From Cenarchaeum sp. (lineage in GTDB: Archaea > Thermoproteota > Nitrososphaeria > Nitrososphaerales > Nitrosopumilaceae): a stretch of DNA of 64,000 nucleotides. This document shows, in pieces, positions 37,952 to 46,361 of this stretch. Position 1 is the stretch's first letter. The number at the start of each line of letters is the position of its first letter. Where the stretch lies: the NCBI GenBank assembly GCA_965242695.1, contig CBDESU010000002.1, positions 608,001 through 672,000 of the forward strand. The letters are read 5' to 3'. The notes under the pieces were generated by a model that was not told the DNA's origin, made no database searches, and worked only from the letters and a program-made list of their open reading frames with translations. The translations under genes and the position numbers were made by a program.

Positions 37952-38608
37952 TTGCCCGTTAAAAACAGTGGCGGGGACGCGGGGCTCCCCGCCGGCCTGT
38001 CGTACGTCGTGTGCGGCGAGCCGCTGCTCAAGGCCGAGTTTCTCGGCCGGCTGGCCGGACAGAGCGGCGGCACCGTCTACATCGATCTCGATATGATGTA
38101 CGGTGGGTTCCTGCGGGCCGGGATGGCGCCGGCGCCGCCCGGCGGCCTTGTACGCATCGGGGCGTCCGGAGGGGACGAGGTGCGCGGGGCGCTCGGCCGG
38201 GCCGTCTCGGCCGTCTCGTCCGGCGGGCCGCGCACCGTAGTCATCGACACCCTCAACGGCATGTACGATGCGGCCGCCGGGATGCCAGACGGCGAGGCGC
38301 GCGCCGATGCGTCCGTCATGATACTCGCGATGGCCGCCATGCACACGTCCTCGCGGGTCGTCGTCGCCTGCGTCGCCGAGCCGGGCAGGGGCTCAAGGGA
38401 GGGGGAGTGGTACCTTATGCCCGGCAGGAGAAGGCTGCCCATGCCGGCCGCGGACACGGGGGGCGCCTCGTGGCTGCGGCTTGCGAGGGGCGATCGCCCC
38501 AAGGGGGGCGGAGAGGGGGCGATCGCGCTCGAGCCGATCGCCCGCGGCCGGCCGGCCTACGGCCGCATGGCCGCCGCATGGCCGCGCCGGGGCGGCCGGC
38601 CGCGCTAG
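37952..38608 (+). CDS. Hypothetical protein, possibly a degenerate RecA/P-loop-like fold
   Basis: VYIDLD and VVIDTLNG strands. Start inferred at TTG 37952. Confidence 0.55.
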   Translation: MPVKNSGGDAGLPAGLSYVVCGEPLLKAEFLGRLAGQSGGTVYIDLDMMYGGFLRAGMAPAPPGGLVRIGASGGDEVRGALGRAVSAVSSGGPRTVVIDTLNGMYDAAAGMPDGEARADASVMILAMAAMHTSSRVVVACVAEPGRGSREGEWYLMPGRRRLPMPAADTGGASWLRLARGDRPKGGGEGAIALEPIARGRPAYGRMAAAWPRRGGRPR

Positions 38609-38622
38609 CGGAGCGGGTGCGC

Positions 38623-38685
38623 CAAACGGCGTTATAGGCCCTTCAAACGGCGTTATAATCAGCCTGCCCGGAGCAAGTTATATTA
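38623..38685 (+). promoter_or_regulatory. Ferredoxin promoter: two 14-bp direct repeats plus a TATA box
   Basis: caaacggcgttata at 38623-38636 and 38644-38657 (21-bp period); ttatatta at 38678-38685. Confidence 0.55.
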
Positions 38686-38710
38686 GCAACCCCGCCGGAC
38701 AACGCACACA

Positions 38711-39010
38711 ATGCCAGTAGCAATACTACCAGACATCAGCGAGCAGATGTGCATCGGCTGCGCCCTGTGCGTCGAGATATGCACCACGCTAGGTCCTGAC
38801 GTACTGAGGGTAAAGCCCGTCGAGGGCTGGAAGAGGGGCAAGGCGTTCGTCTTCTACCCCGAGCGGTGCATCTCGGACGGCGCATGCATCGGCGTGTGCC
38901 CGACGAAGGCGATCTTCTGGATGAGGCCCATGGACTTCACCGTCGGTCAGCCAGTCCCGCTCTACAAGAACTCGGTCTTCGTCAAGGGCTGGACCGAACT
39001 CGTCGACTAG
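38711..39010 (+). CDS. 4Fe-4S dicluster ferredoxin
   Basis: CIGCALCVEIC and CISDGACIGVCP. Confidence 0.95.
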   Translation: MPVAILPDISEQMCIGCALCVEICTTLGPDVLRVKPVEGWKRGKAFVFYPERCISDGACIGVCPTKAIFWMRPMDFTVGQPVPLYKNSVFVKGWTELVD

Positions 39011-39103
39011 TCGGTTCGGTCTTTTCTTTTATTTGCCGCCTCGTGGGGGGCCCTGCGCCTCTCCCCCCCCCCCCCGCGTGCCGGGCAGGCGGCCTGCCGG
39101 ACA

Positions 39104-39564
39104 GCCCGCCTACGAACCAAAGCCAAGCCGCGACCTCCACGACCGCTGCCGTGGTGCGTGCGGCCCGCCTACGAACCAAAGCCAAGCCGCGACCTCCACG
39201 ACCGCTGCCGTGGTGCGTGCGGCCCGCCTACGAACCAAAGCCAAGCCGCGACCTCCACGACCGCTGCCGTGGTGCGTGCGGCCCGCCTACGAACCAAAGC
39301 CAAGCCGCGACCTCCACGACCGCTGCCGTGGTGCGTGCGGCCCGCCTACGAACCAAAGCCAAGCCGCGACCTCCACGACCGCTGCCGTGGTGCGTGCGGC
39401 CCGCCTACGAACCAAAGCCAAGCCGCGACCTCCACGACCGCTGCCGTGGTGCGTGCGGCCCGCCTACGAACCAAAGCCAAGCCGCGACCTCCACGACCGC
39501 TGCCGTGGTGCGTGCGGCCCGCCTACGAACCAAAGCCAAGCCGCGACCTCCACGACCGCTGCCG
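39104..39564. repeat. Perfect 59-bp tandem repeat, about 7.8 copies (not CRISPR)
   Basis: Unit gcccgcctacgaaccaaagccaagccgcgacctccacgaccgctgccgtggtgcgtgcg starts at 39104, 39163, ... 39517. There are no variable spacers. Confidence 0.97.
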
Positions 39565-40677
39565 GCCATCGGGCCGCATCTCAAAGTTGTCGATCATCTC
39601 GTACGTCACGGGAAAGCCGTCGCCGACCATCGTCGCCGCCGGCGAGGCGGGGCGCGGCGCGCCGGGCGGCACGAGCCGCCCGGGAAGGTCGCTTATGCGG
39701 CGCGTCTTGAGGTCGTGCACGCACAGCGCCTTGCCGTTGTCGAGGGAGACGACCGCATCGTCGCTCAGTCCGAGGACCGAGTTCCGCTCGAAGAACCGCA
39801 GCACGCCGCCGCGCTTGAGCTCGATCCTGACGTCGTACGTCATCTTGCTCCCGTAGACGAGGACCTCCCTGGCCGAGACGGCCACGTCGTCCTCCATGTT
39901 GAGGACCATGACGGCGTCCGCCTCTAGGCTCACCGTGTTGGCCACGTTCTCGGCTATTATCCTGCCGCGCGGCGCGTGCAGGCGCGTGCGCCGCTCGGAC
40001 GTCACGTACAGCCCGACCTTGCCGTCGGGATCCTGCACCTGCACCTTCCTGCCGAACACGTTGCCGACGACGATGTTGCCGCGCTCGGCGAGTATCCGCG
40101 CGCCGTTGTCGACCTTGTACTTGTTCTGGACGGGGTCTACGAACTTGAAGTCGCCGCGCGCGACGGCGATGCTCGTGGCGTGCTCGCCGAAGGTCGGGCT
40201 CGTGATGTTGCCGCGGACCATGACGGGGCCGTCGTACTCTAGCGAGCCGGCCATTATGTTGCCCTTTATGGTGAGGGCCCCGTTGGCCGTCCGCTCAAAC
40301 TCCATCTCGCCTAGCGCGCGCGAGCCGAACAGCCGCGAGCCCGTCCCCCCCGTGCGGCCCAGGGCCGCGGCCCACTCCTCCGCGAGCCGCATCTCGCCGG
40401 CGACCTCGCCGGCGAGTATGCGGTTGCGCCGCCTCGCCTCCTCCTCGTCGTCGCCCGTGTACACGCGCGACCGGCGGGCGCGCTCCTCGTCCGTGTCGGG
40501 GTACCTCTTGCCCTCCTTGAGGTCCTCGTACGCCTGCTTTATCCTCTTGAACCGCTCCGTGTCCCCGCCCCGGTCCGAGTGGTGCTGCAGTGCGAGGCGG
40601 CGGAACGCGGCCTGCACCTCCTTGCGGCCGGCGCCGTCGGCCACGCCGAGTATGTCGTAGTTGCTCTCCACCTGCAC
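39523..40677 (-). CDS. J-domain (DnaJ-like) protein with a beta-rich C-terminal region
   Basis: NYDILGV...AFRRLALQHHSDRGGD..RFKRIKQAYEDL; HSD replaces the usual HPD. Confidence 0.85.
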   Translation of the reverse strand: MQVESNYDILGVADGAGRKEVQAAFRRLALQHHSDRGGDTERFKRIKQAYEDLKEGKRYPDTDEERARRSRVYTGDDEEEARRRNRILAGEVAGEMRLAEEWAAALGRTGGTGSRLFGSRALGEMEFERTANGALTIKGNIMAGSLEYDGPVMVRGNITSPTFGEHATSIAVARGDFKFVDPVQNKYKVDNGARILAERGNIVVGNVFGRKVQVQDPDGKVGLYVTSERRTRLHAPRGRIIAENVANTVSLEADAVMVLNMEDDVAVSAREVLVYGSKMTYDVRIELKRGGVLRFFERNSVLGLSDDAVVSLDNGKALCVHDLKTRRISDLPGRLVPPGAPRPASPAATMVGDGFPVTYEMIDNFEMRPDGRQRSWRSRLGFGS

Positions 40678-40806
40678 TCCCCGTACGGACTCGGCGGCGG
40701 CGGCCGTACTTTAGTTGCGCGGCGGCGCGCCGGCGGCGGCCGTCGCGGCGGCCATACTGAACAATGTATAGTCATTGTTATAAGCAATGCCGGCGCCTTT
40801 GTTCCA

Positions 40807-41768
40807 TGGACGCGCGCGGCATGGGCCCGAACCCCGTCCTGGCAGGGGCGGCCGCCGACCCGCTCGGCCGCTGCCCGTGTCCCGCCGGCGCGGCCATTAC
40901 CGATCCGGTAAGGGGCGAGATAATCTGCGGCGGGTGCGGCCTGGTCCTGGTGCAGAGGCTCGAAGAGGCGCACGGCTGGGAGGGCGGCGACATCGGCGGC
41001 GGCGGGGCGTCAACGGGGGCGGCCGCCGCGTACGCGCTCGGCACGACGCCGGGGCCGGGCGGCTCGCTGGCGATGCACGACAGGGGCCTGTCGACCGTAA
41101 TGGGAAGGGACGCGAGTCCGGGCGGGAGGCAGGTGCCGGCGGCGGCGCGGCGGTCGATCGACCGCATGCGCGTGTGGGACAAGCGGAGCCGCCCAAAGAG
41201 GGCCGCGAGCCTTGCAAGGGCCCTGTCGCAGCTCAACTCGGTCAGGGACAGGCTGGCCGTCCCCAGGGCGGCCGGCGAGAACGCAGCCCACATCTACCGC
41301 AAGGCCGTCGGCAAGGGGCTCTCGCGCGGGCGGACCATGTCGTCGCTCGTGGCGGCCTCGCTGTACGCGGCCTGCCGCGAGCTGAACATACCGAGGACGC
41401 TCGACGACGTGGCCAGGGCGGGCAACGTCGAGAAGCGGGTCCTCTCGCGCGACCTGCGCACCATGATAATGCGGCTCGAGCTAGACCTGAACCAGTACGA
41501 CACGGCGGCGTTTGCCGTCAAGATGGCCAACAACCTAGGACTCAGGGAGAAGACCAAGAGGGATGCCGTCGAGACGCTCGGGCGGGCCGAGAGGGCGCAC
41601 ATCAGCGCCGGCAAGAACCCGGTGGCCCAGGCGGCGGCGGCAGTGCACATGGCGTGCCTGCTCAACTCGGAGCCGGTGTCGCAGAGGCAGCTTGCCGCCG
41701 AGTCGGGGATCAGCGCGGTGACGATACGCAACAGGGTCGCCACGATCAAGGAAGGTCTCGGAGAGTAG
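40807..41768 (+). CDS. tfb: Transcription initiation factor IIB (divergent TFB paralogue)
   Basis: Zn ribbon, MHDRGLST, IYRKA...GR...AASLYAACR and SAVTIRNR. Confidence 0.9.
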
Positions 41769-41949
41769 GGCCGCAGGCCCCCGCGGGGCGGAGGCGGCAG
41801 CATCAGCATCGACGGCAGGGGCCGCGGCTCTGTGCCGGAGAGTGGACTGGCGACTTCAGAATCGGCATTGCCCCGCAGGGACGGCCCGAAGCAGGCGCAA
41901 GGCGGACGGCTTTGGACTTGTGGCCTAGCGCGGGCAGGGAGCAGCCAGG

Positions 41950-42495
41950 CTACGCGGCCGGCGCATCGGCCGCGGCGGCGCCGGCCGGCGCGCCGTCCGC
42001 CGGCAGCTCGATGGCGCCGACGAACTTGTCGACCTCGTACACGCCGATCTTGTCGCGGCCGAGCACGTCGAACTTTTGGAGTATGGTCTCAAAGAGGCAC
42101 TCTTCCTCGACCTGCTCGTTGACGAACCACTGCAGAAAGACCGACGTCGCGTGGTCGCCGTCCTTTTGGGCCAGGCTGGCCATCTTGTTGAACAGCACCG
42201 TCACATTCTGCTCGCTCTTGAGCGCTGCCTTGAAGACGTCCTCGAGCCCCTTGAACGAGGCAGGCGGGGCCGAGACGAGCGGGATGGCCGCGCCGACGCC
42301 TATGTTGTTGAGGTGCTTGACTATCTTTAGCATGTGCATGCGCTCCTCGTCGGCCTGCGCGTAGAGCAGCTTTGCCGACCCCTCGTACCCCTTCAGCTCG
42401 CACCACGTGGCCATCGACAGGTAGTTGTTCGACGCGTACGCCTCGGTGCCCACCTGCGAGTTGAGGGCCTTCTTCATCGCAGCCGACATCTTCAT
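41950..42495 (-). CDS. Ferritin (non-haem)
   Basis: LNSQVGTEAYAS..YLSM, QADEERMH and FLQWFVNEQVEEE. Confidence 0.93.
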   Translation of the reverse strand: MKMSAAMKKALNSQVGTEAYASNNYLSMATWCELKGYEGSAKLLYAQADEERMHMLKIVKHLNNIGVGAAIPLVSAPPASFKGLEDVFKAALKSEQNVTVLFNKMASLAQKDGDHATSVFLQWFVNEQVEEECLFETILQKFDVLGRDKIGVYEVDKFVGAIELPADGAPAGAAAADAPAA

Positions 42496-42563
42496 GCTAT
42501 TCAGGCGGGCCGGCCCGCGGGCCCAATAAAAGCCATCGGGAGGGGCGCGCAGCGCCTGGCGGC

Positions 42564-43475
42564 CTAGAGGTTCAGCGACTCCTTTAGGCCCTTGTAGCGG
42601 TTGCGTATCGTAACCTCGGTGACGTTGGCCGCATGCGCGATGTCGCGCTGCGTCTTGTCCTCGGCGTTCTTTACGCACGACAGGTACAGGGCGGCCGCGG
42701 CCAGGCCCATGGGATCCTTGCCGGCCGACACCTCGCTCTTCTGCGCCTGCTTGAGGACCTTGATTGCGTACCGCTTTGTCTTTTCGGCGATGCCGATGCG
42801 GCTGGCGATCCTAGAGACGCACTGGATCGAGTCGGTGATCGGCATGCGCAGGTCGAGCTCCTTGACGAGCAGGCGGTAGCAGCGCGCGATGTCCTTGCGC
42901 TTTATGTTGGCCGCCTCCTCGACGTCCTTTAGGTTGCGCGGCGTGGCCGTGTCGCGGCAGGCCGCGTACAGGGCCGATGCCATGAGGGCCGAGATGGAGC
43001 GGCCGCGGACGAGCCCCTTCTCGAGCGCCTTGCGGTAGATGTAGGCGGCCTTTTCGATGACCGCGTCAGAGATGGCCAGCTTGTCCTTGAGGCGGTTGAG
43101 CTCGCTGAACGCCTGCCTAAAGTTCCGGTCGACCGGCTCGTGGACCTGGCTGCGGCTGTCCCAGGTGCGCAGGCGCTCTATGGTGCTCTTCATGGACGCG
43201 GCGAGGGGGCGGCCCGAGGCGTCCTTGTTGACGGGGTTGATCACGGTGGCCAGGCCCATGTCGTGCATGGTCAGCGACGTCGGCGCGCCTGCCCTGGCCC
43301 GCTCGCCGTGCTCGTCCTGCGAGAACGATCGCCACTCGGGGCCCGACTCCTGTATCTTCTCGGTGACTACATACCCGCACTTTGAGCAGAACATCTCGCC
43401 GGACTCGTTGTCGGTGACTAGCTTGCCCTTGGCGCACCTCGGGCAAGTGTCGTGGGGGCTGGCCTTTTCTACCAT
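42564..43475 (-). CDS. tfb: Transcription initiation factor IIB
   Basis: CPRC...CSKCG, GPEWRSF, GKDPMGLAAAALY and VTEVTIRNRY. Confidence 0.97.
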   Translation of the reverse strand: MVEKASPHDTCPRCAKGKLVTDNESGEMFCSKCGYVVTEKIQESGPEWRSFSQDEHGERARAGAPTSLTMHDMGLATVINPVNKDASGRPLAASMKSTIERLRTWDSRSQVHEPVDRNFRQAFSELNRLKDKLAISDAVIEKAAYIYRKALEKGLVRGRSISALMASALYAACRDTATPRNLKDVEEAANIKRKDIARCYRLLVKELDLRMPITDSIQCVSRIASRIGIAEKTKRYAIKVLKQAQKSEVSAGKDPMGLAAAALYLSCVKNAEDKTQRDIAHAANVTEVTIRNRYKGLKESLNL

Positions 43476-43579
43476 ATCTCTACACCGGCATGCATAATAT
43501 TGGGTTATATATACCCGGCCCCCCGGCCCGCGCCGGCCCCGTGCGAATGTAGAATAACCGCGCGCGGGCAGGGGAGGGC

Positions 43580-44644
43580 ATGGCAGGCGGGGCGCGGCGG
43601 GGCATAGGGGCGGCCCCGGGGGGTCGCAGGGGCGGGCACGGCGCAGGGGCGGCTAGGACGGTGCTGGCCGCCGCTGCGGTGCTGGCCGCCGTTGCCGCCG
43701 CAGGCGGGACAGGGGAAGCCGCGTGGCAGGCGCATGCCGAGACCATACGGTACGATGTCGGCGACGGGATGGAGCTGGAGGTGTCGCATCCCGGGACGGT
43801 CGCGGCAGGCTCCGAGTTCGCCGTGTCCTTTCTGGTGCGCAACGGCGGCTGGGAGGACAAGGATGCGGTCGTGCTGCTCGCCGCGCCCGGCGGGTCGGTC
43901 GCCCCGGCGGGGGCGGCGCCGGGGGAAGGGGCCGGCAACCCGGTCGCGGTCATCGACGCGGGCAAGATCGGCGCCGGCGGGTCGCACGGGCAGGCGGCCG
44001 AGTTTGCCGCCCCGGCCGCGGCGCAGCCCGGCACGCACTACATCAACCTAGAGTACTCGCACGTCCTGCTCGAGAACAACGAGGTCCCAAGGGAGCCGTC
44101 AAGGACGGACATTGCAGTTCCCGTCGAGGTCGTCACGAGGCCGCGCGTGGACGTGGACATCTCGGCGCCCGAGTCGCTGTTTGCCGGCGCCGAGTTTCCG
44201 ATCGGCGTCAAGGTCGGCTCGGGCACGACAGACCTGTCCGATGTGAGGGTCGAGATAGTCGCGCCGCCGGGCGTCGAGCTGCGGGGGCAGTCGCTCCACT
44301 CGTTCTCGCTGATCGGGCGCGGCAGTACAATGGAGGTCGCATCGCGCGTCTGGGTGCCGCCGGCCGACGTCGCGGGCGAGAGCAGGGTGTCGTTGCAGGT
44401 CGTCGTGTCCTACACGGATGCGGACGGCGAGAGCAGGGAGGAGACGAGGACCGTCTCGCCAGTCCTCCGGCCGAGGACGTTCATGGAGCTGACCGGCGAC
44501 GGGGGAGTCTGGATCGGCGACTTTTTCATAGCGCCGTACGTGAGCCTGGGGACCATAATCGGCATACCGGCCGGCGCGCTGCTCTCGCTTGCGATAAGGC
44601 GCAGGGTGACCGGCGGCGGTAAGGGGGGCGAAAAAAATGCGTAG
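43580..44644 (+). CDS. Exported Ig-like (COG1361/S-layer-domain-like) membrane-anchored protein
   Basis: Signal-like N-terminus, two beta-sandwich-like repeats and a C-terminal TM helix followed by RRR. Confidence 0.7.
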   Translation: MAGGARRGIGAAPGGRRGGHGAGAARTVLAAAAVLAAVAAAGGTGEAAWQAHAETIRYDVGDGMELEVSHPGTVAAGSEFAVSFLVRNGGWEDKDAVVLLAAPGGSVAPAGAAPGEGAGNPVAVIDAGKIGAGGSHGQAAEFAAPAAAQPGTHYINLEYSHVLLENNEVPREPSRTDIAVPVEVVTRPRVDVDISAPESLFAGAEFPIGVKVGSGTTDLSDVRVEIVAPPGVELRGQSLHSFSLIGRGSTMEVASRVWVPPADVAGESRVSLQVVVSYTDADGESREETRTVSPVLRPRTFMELTGDGGVWIGDFFIAPYVSLGTIIGIPAGALLSLAIRRRVTGGGKGGEKNA

Positions 44645-46280
44645 CGTTCGCATGGCCGCTGTTGCGGCGGCCGCGGCGGCCGTGATGCTAGCCGCGGCGG
44701 CCGCGGCGGGGCACGAGGCATACGGCCACGGCGTCGGGTACGAGCTGCTCGACCCCGTGCAGATCGACGGTGTGGGCCTTGCCGCCCTAGAGGTCCAGTC
44801 GACGGAGAACGGCGGCCCGGACGGCGAGGACAGGGAGGTGAGGCTGTCGCTGCTCAACTCGGCAAGCGGCGTGACGGTCAGGGACGTAACGTTCGAGCTG
44901 TCCGCCGCCAAGACGAGCACGGACCTGTTCAGCGGCACGTTCGAGACGGGCGACGGCACCCTTGTGATCGTCCTCGACGGGTCGGGCGACCCGTCAAGCG
45001 TCGAGGTCGTCGACGAGGGCAAGAGGGGCGGGCTGCTAGAGTCGCTCATCGGCCTAGACGAGACCGTCGTGCGCGCAAGGGGCGGGCCGCTGGCCGCCGG
45101 CGGGCTGTACCTGTTCGATGTGGCCGTCACGACGGCCGGCTCGTTCGACAGGCAGCTGGACCCCCCTGTCAGGTTCGCCGCCGGCCTGTCCATACCCGAC
45201 ACGACCACATACGCGATCGACGATGCGGACTTTGGGCGGCAGGAGATCAGCGTGATCACGTACTACGACACGATAGGCGGGTTCGAGTACGACCCAGCCG
45301 GCAGGTCCCTCTCGTTCGAGATGCCCTTTGCCTGGGACGTCGGCAACATCAACGAGACGTCCGTCGTCCACGAGGAGCTGTCGTTCGACAGGCGGTTCGG
45401 AGACATGATGGCGTCCCGGTACGACATGTCGGTCAACGGCGTGCAGATGCCCGACCGCGTGGTCACAATAGACGACCTGTCGCTCGACAGCGGGCGCATC
45501 GTCCACATGGTCCTCAACCAGAACGACCTGTACTACCTGCTCGGAAGGCAGGGGCAGGAGGCCGGGCCGGGCGGCTACGGCGGCCTGATGAGGTTCGAGC
45601 TAGAGGCCGGCGAGCGCGCCCCGCTAGGCGCAACGGTCGACAACGGGCAGTTCAAGGTGTCTGTCGGGTGGGACCCGTGGTACATCAGGTCGGGCGGTGA
45701 CGTAGAGTTTGGGTTCAACATAACCGACGTGTTCCTCAGGGACAGGCCGGTGGCCACCAAGTACGACGTGTCGCTCGTGCACGGGGAGAGCGGGGCCGTG
45801 ATTGCGTCGGACTCTGGCACGACGGACGCCTCGGCGGACACCGGTGCGAGGTTTGCGACTCAGATACCCGACGGCGTGGGAGGGCCCGCCGTCCTACGGT
45901 TCGAGAACCTGGGCGGGGCGGCGCTGGCAAGGACCGAGATCCCGGTCGTGATAGACAGGGCCGGCGGGGGCGGTGGGGAGGACGGCGAAGGGGGCGCGAT
46001 CGTCATACCCGGTTGGATCAAGGACAGCGCCCGGTGGTGGGCCGACGGGGCCATCAGCGACCAAGAGTTTGCCCGCAGCCTACAGTACATGATGGCGGAG
46101 GGGATCGTCTCGGTGCCGGGCGCCGGCGGGCCCGAGGGCCCGTCCGAGGACGGCGGTGAAGAGACGATCCCCGCGTGGGTCAAGGACAGCGCCCGGTGGT
46201 GGGCCGACGGGGCCATCAGCGACCGCGACTTTGCCTTTGGCATACAGTACATGGTGGCAGAGGGGATCATCAGGGTGTAG
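44637..46280 (+). CDS. Secreted thaumarchaeal-type protein with two C-terminal IP.W(I/V)K..A.WW repeats
   Basis: Signal peptide and IPGWIKDSARWWADGAISD / IPAWVKDSARWWADGAISD repeats. Confidence 0.8.
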   Translation: MRSVRMAAVAAAAAAVMLAAAAAAGHEAYGHGVGYELLDPVQIDGVGLAALEVQSTENGGPDGEDREVRLSLLNSASGVTVRDVTFELSAAKTSTDLFSGTFETGDGTLVIVLDGSGDPSSVEVVDEGKRGGLLESLIGLDETVVRARGGPLAAGGLYLFDVAVTTAGSFDRQLDPPVRFAAGLSIPDTTTYAIDDADFGRQEISVITYYDTIGGFEYDPAGRSLSFEMPFAWDVGNINETSVVHEELSFDRRFGDMMASRYDMSVNGVQMPDRVVTIDDLSLDSGRIVHMVLNQNDLYYLLGRQGQEAGPGGYGGLMRFELEAGERAPLGATVDNGQFKVSVGWDPWYIRSGGDVEFGFNITDVFLRDRPVATKYDVSLVHGESGAVIASDSGTTDASADTGARFATQIPDGVGGPAVLRFENLGGAALARTEIPVVIDRAGGGGGEDGEGGAIVIPGWIKDSARWWADGAISDQEFARSLQYMMAEGIVSVPGAGGPEGPSEDGGEETIPAWVKDSARWWADGAISDRDFAFGIQYMVAEGIIRV

Positions 46281-46361
46281 CGTACGAGGTCAGATCCCCC
46301 TACGCTGGGAGTCAAGATGTTGTGACTCCCCCCGTCTTATGGTCGCGCCACAAGGCGTGTC

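Noticed and set aside
39104-39564. CRISPR array
   Set aside because: The units are fully identical with no unique spacers, the unit derives from a gene end, and there are no cas genes in the window.
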